Positions 61,580-64,000 of a stretch of DNA of 64,000 nucleotides are shown piece by piece; within the stretch, counting starts at the first letter, position 1; each line of letters opens with the position of its first letter. The notes under the pieces are model-generated. The model had not been told where the DNA came from, did not search any database, and saw only the letters and a program-made list of their open reading frames with translations. A program made the translations under genes and the position numbers. This stretch comes from Cenococcum geophilum (lineage: Eukaryota): the NCBI GenBank assembly GCA_050273025.1, contig CP158636.1, forward strand, positions 2,976,001 to 3,040,000, given 5' to 3'.

Positions 61580-62985
61580 GTAGATATAGAGCTTTATATA
61601 GAGCTTTAAGGGAGCTTTATAGAGAGTATCTAGCAGGGCTTTTAGTAGAGCCTTTAGTAGAGCTCCGCGTAGAGCTTTAGTAGAGCTCTATGCAGAGCTT
61701 TAGTAAGCTCTATACGGAGTCTTAGTAAAGCTTCGTACTGAGCTTCTGGTAGAGCCTTTAGTAGAGCTCCATATAGAGCTTCGTTTAGAGCTTTAAGGGA
61801 GCTTCGTAAAGAGCATCTAGTGGAGCTTCTAGTAGAGCCTTTAGTAGAGCTCCGTGTAGAGCTTCGGTAGAGCTCTATGCGGAGTTTTAGCAGAGCTTCG
61901 TGCCGAGCTTTTGGCAGAGCCTTTGGTAGAGCTCTATGCAGAGCTTTGTACAGAGCTTTATGCAGAGCTTCTAGTAGAGCCTTTAGCAGAGCTCCGTGTA
62001 GAGCTTTAGTAGAGCTCTATATAGAGCTTCGGTAGAGCTCTATGCAGAGCTTTAGTAGAGCTCTGTATGGAGTCTTGGTAGAGCTTCGTGCCGAGCTTCT
62101 AGTAGAGCCTTTGGTAGAGCTCCGTGCAGAGCTTCGTGTAGAGCTTTAAGGGAGCTTCGTACAGAGCTTCTGGTAGAGCCTTTGGTAGAGCTCCGTGCAG
62201 AGCTTCGGTAGAGCTCCGTGCAGAGCTTCGGTAGAGCTCCGTGTAGAGCTTTGGTAGAGCTCCGTATAGAGCTTCGGTAGAGCTCCGTGCAGAGCTTCGG
62301 TAGAGCTCTATGCAGAGCTTCGGTAGAGCTCTGTACGGAGTCTTGGTAGAGCTTCGTGCCGAGCTTCTGGCAGAGCCTTTGGTAGAGCTCCGTGCAGAGC
62401 TTCGTGCAGAGCTTTAAGGGAGCTTTGTAGAGAGCATCTGGCAGAGCTTTGTACAGAGCTTCTGGTAGAGCCTTTGGTAGAGCTCCGTGCAGAGCTTCGG
62501 TAGAGCTCCGTGTAGAGCTTTGGTAGAGCTCCGTATAGAGCTTCGGTAGAGCTCCGTGCAGAGCTTCGGTAGAGCTCCGTGTAGAGCTTCGGTAGAGCTC
62601 CGTACAGAGCTTCGGTAGAGCTCCGTGTAGAGCTTCGGTAGAGCTCTATGCAGAGCTTCGGTAGAGCTCTGTACGGAGTCTTGGTAGAGCTTCGTACCGA
62701 GCTTCTAGTAGAGCCTTTGGTAGAGCTCCGTACAGAGCTTCGTGCAGAGCTTTGAGGGAGCTTCGTAGAGAGCATCTGGCAGAGTTTCGTACAGAGCCTC
62801 TAGTAGAGCCTTTGGTAGAGCTCCGTGCAGAGCTTTGGTAGAGCTCTATGCGGAGCTTCGGTAGAGCTCTATGCGGAGTCTTGGCAGAGCTCCGTGCAGA
62901 GCTTTGAGGGAGCTTCGTAGGGAGCCTCTGGGAGCTTCGTGCAGAGCTTTCTGGCAAAGCTTTCTGGCAGAGCCTTTGGTAGAGC
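61580..62985 (+). repeat. Minisatellite array, left arm (11/12-bp GAGC-core subunits; main 23-mer AGAGCTTCGGT-AGAGCTCCGTGC)
   Basis: Direct inspection; variant subunits recur in higher-order blocks. Confidence 0.95.
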
Positions 62986-63098
62986 CTCTGACTCAGTTTT
63001 AGCCCGTGCCGTATTTAACTAAGAGTCTACTAATCTATAATAATTCTAGCTTAAAGCTAGGCTCCATAATTAATTTCCCTAGCTACCAAAGCTTTACT

Positions 63099-64000
63099 AG
63101 AGCTCTGCACGGGGCTTTGCACGGAGCTCCACATAGGCTCTGCACGGAGCTCTATATGGGCTCTACACGGAGCTCTACCAAAGGCTCTGCCAGAAAGCTC
63201 TGCCAGAAAGCTCTGCTAGAAAGCTCTGCACGAAGCTGCCAGAGGCTCCCTACGAAGCTCCCTCAAAGCTCTGCACGGAGCTCTGCCAAGACTCCGCATA
63301 GAGCTCTACCGAAGCTCTGCACGGAGCTCTACCAAAGGCTCTACCAGAAGCTCTGTACGAAGCTCTGCTAGATGCTCTCTACAAAGCTCCCTCAAAGCTC
63401 TGCACGAAGCTCTGCACGGAGCTCTACCAAAGGCTCTGCCAGAAGCTCGGCACGAAGCTCTACTAAGACTCCGTATAGAGCTCTACCGAAGCTCTGCATA
63501 GAGCTCTACCGAAGCTCTACACGGAGCTCTACCGAAGCTCTGCACGGAGCTCTACTAAAGGCTCTACTAGAAGCTCTGTACGAAGCTCTGCCAGATGCTC
63601 TCTACAAAGCTCCCTTAAAGCTCTGCACGAAGCTCTGCACGGAGCTCTACTAAAGGCTCTGCCAGAAGCTCGGCACGAAGCTCTACCAAGACTCCGTACA
63701 GAGCTCTACCGAAGCTCTGCATAGAGCTCTACCGAAGCTCTACACGGAGCTCTACCGAAGCTCTATACGGAGCTCTACTAAAGCTTTGTACGGAGCTCTA
63801 CCGAAGCTCTACACGGAGCTCTACCGAAGCTCTGTACGGAGCTCTACCGAAGCTCTGTACGGAGCTCTACCGAAGCTCTGTACGGAGCTCTACCGAAGCT
63901 CTGTACGGAGCTCTACCGAAGCTCTGTACGGAGCTCTACCGAAGCTCTACACGGAGCTCTACTAAAGCTCTGCACGGAGCTCTGCTAAAGGCTCTACCAG
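63099..64000 (-). repeat. Same minisatellite array in inverted orientation, right arm (runs off window)
   Basis: GCTCTACCGAAGCTCTGCACGGA is the reverse complement of left-arm units; variant order mirrored from 63171. Confidence 0.95.

Noticed and set aside
62308..63653. Four ORFs of 93-155 aa in the ORF track
   Set aside because: Translations of the minisatellite; the same peptides occur on both strands because of the inversion

Overview
Filamentous-ascomycete repeat-rich DNA with no recognisable intact host gene. Almost everything is nested transposable-element sequence degraded by RIP (C->T/G->A transitions, TpA excess, Gln/Trp codons turned into TAA/TAG). Resolved from LTRs, TIRs and TSDs: three complete Ty3/Gypsy chromoviruses (7564-13533, 39408-47354, 47687-53875), several partial or non-autonomous Gypsy elements, one full and two partial GalEa-type Ty1/Copia elements, another Copia fragment, a 5'-truncated Tad-like LINE, a ~650-bp SINE-like element sharing the LINE 3' end, one full and one deleted hAT transposon, and a 1.9-kb non-coding TA-flanked TIR element. 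The window ends in a >2.4-kb head-to-head inverted minisatellite array. Most unusual: (i) that palindromic array; (ii) an antisense Zn2Cys6-like/coiled-coil ORF in the 3' region of a Gypsy element; (iii) CCAAT-flanked palindromes and other short motifs shared by unrelated Copia, Gypsy and hAT families; (iv) a non-coding module shared by an LTR element and a TIR element. Translations were done by eye and partly de-RIPed; no database searches were run; ORF boundaries are approximate.
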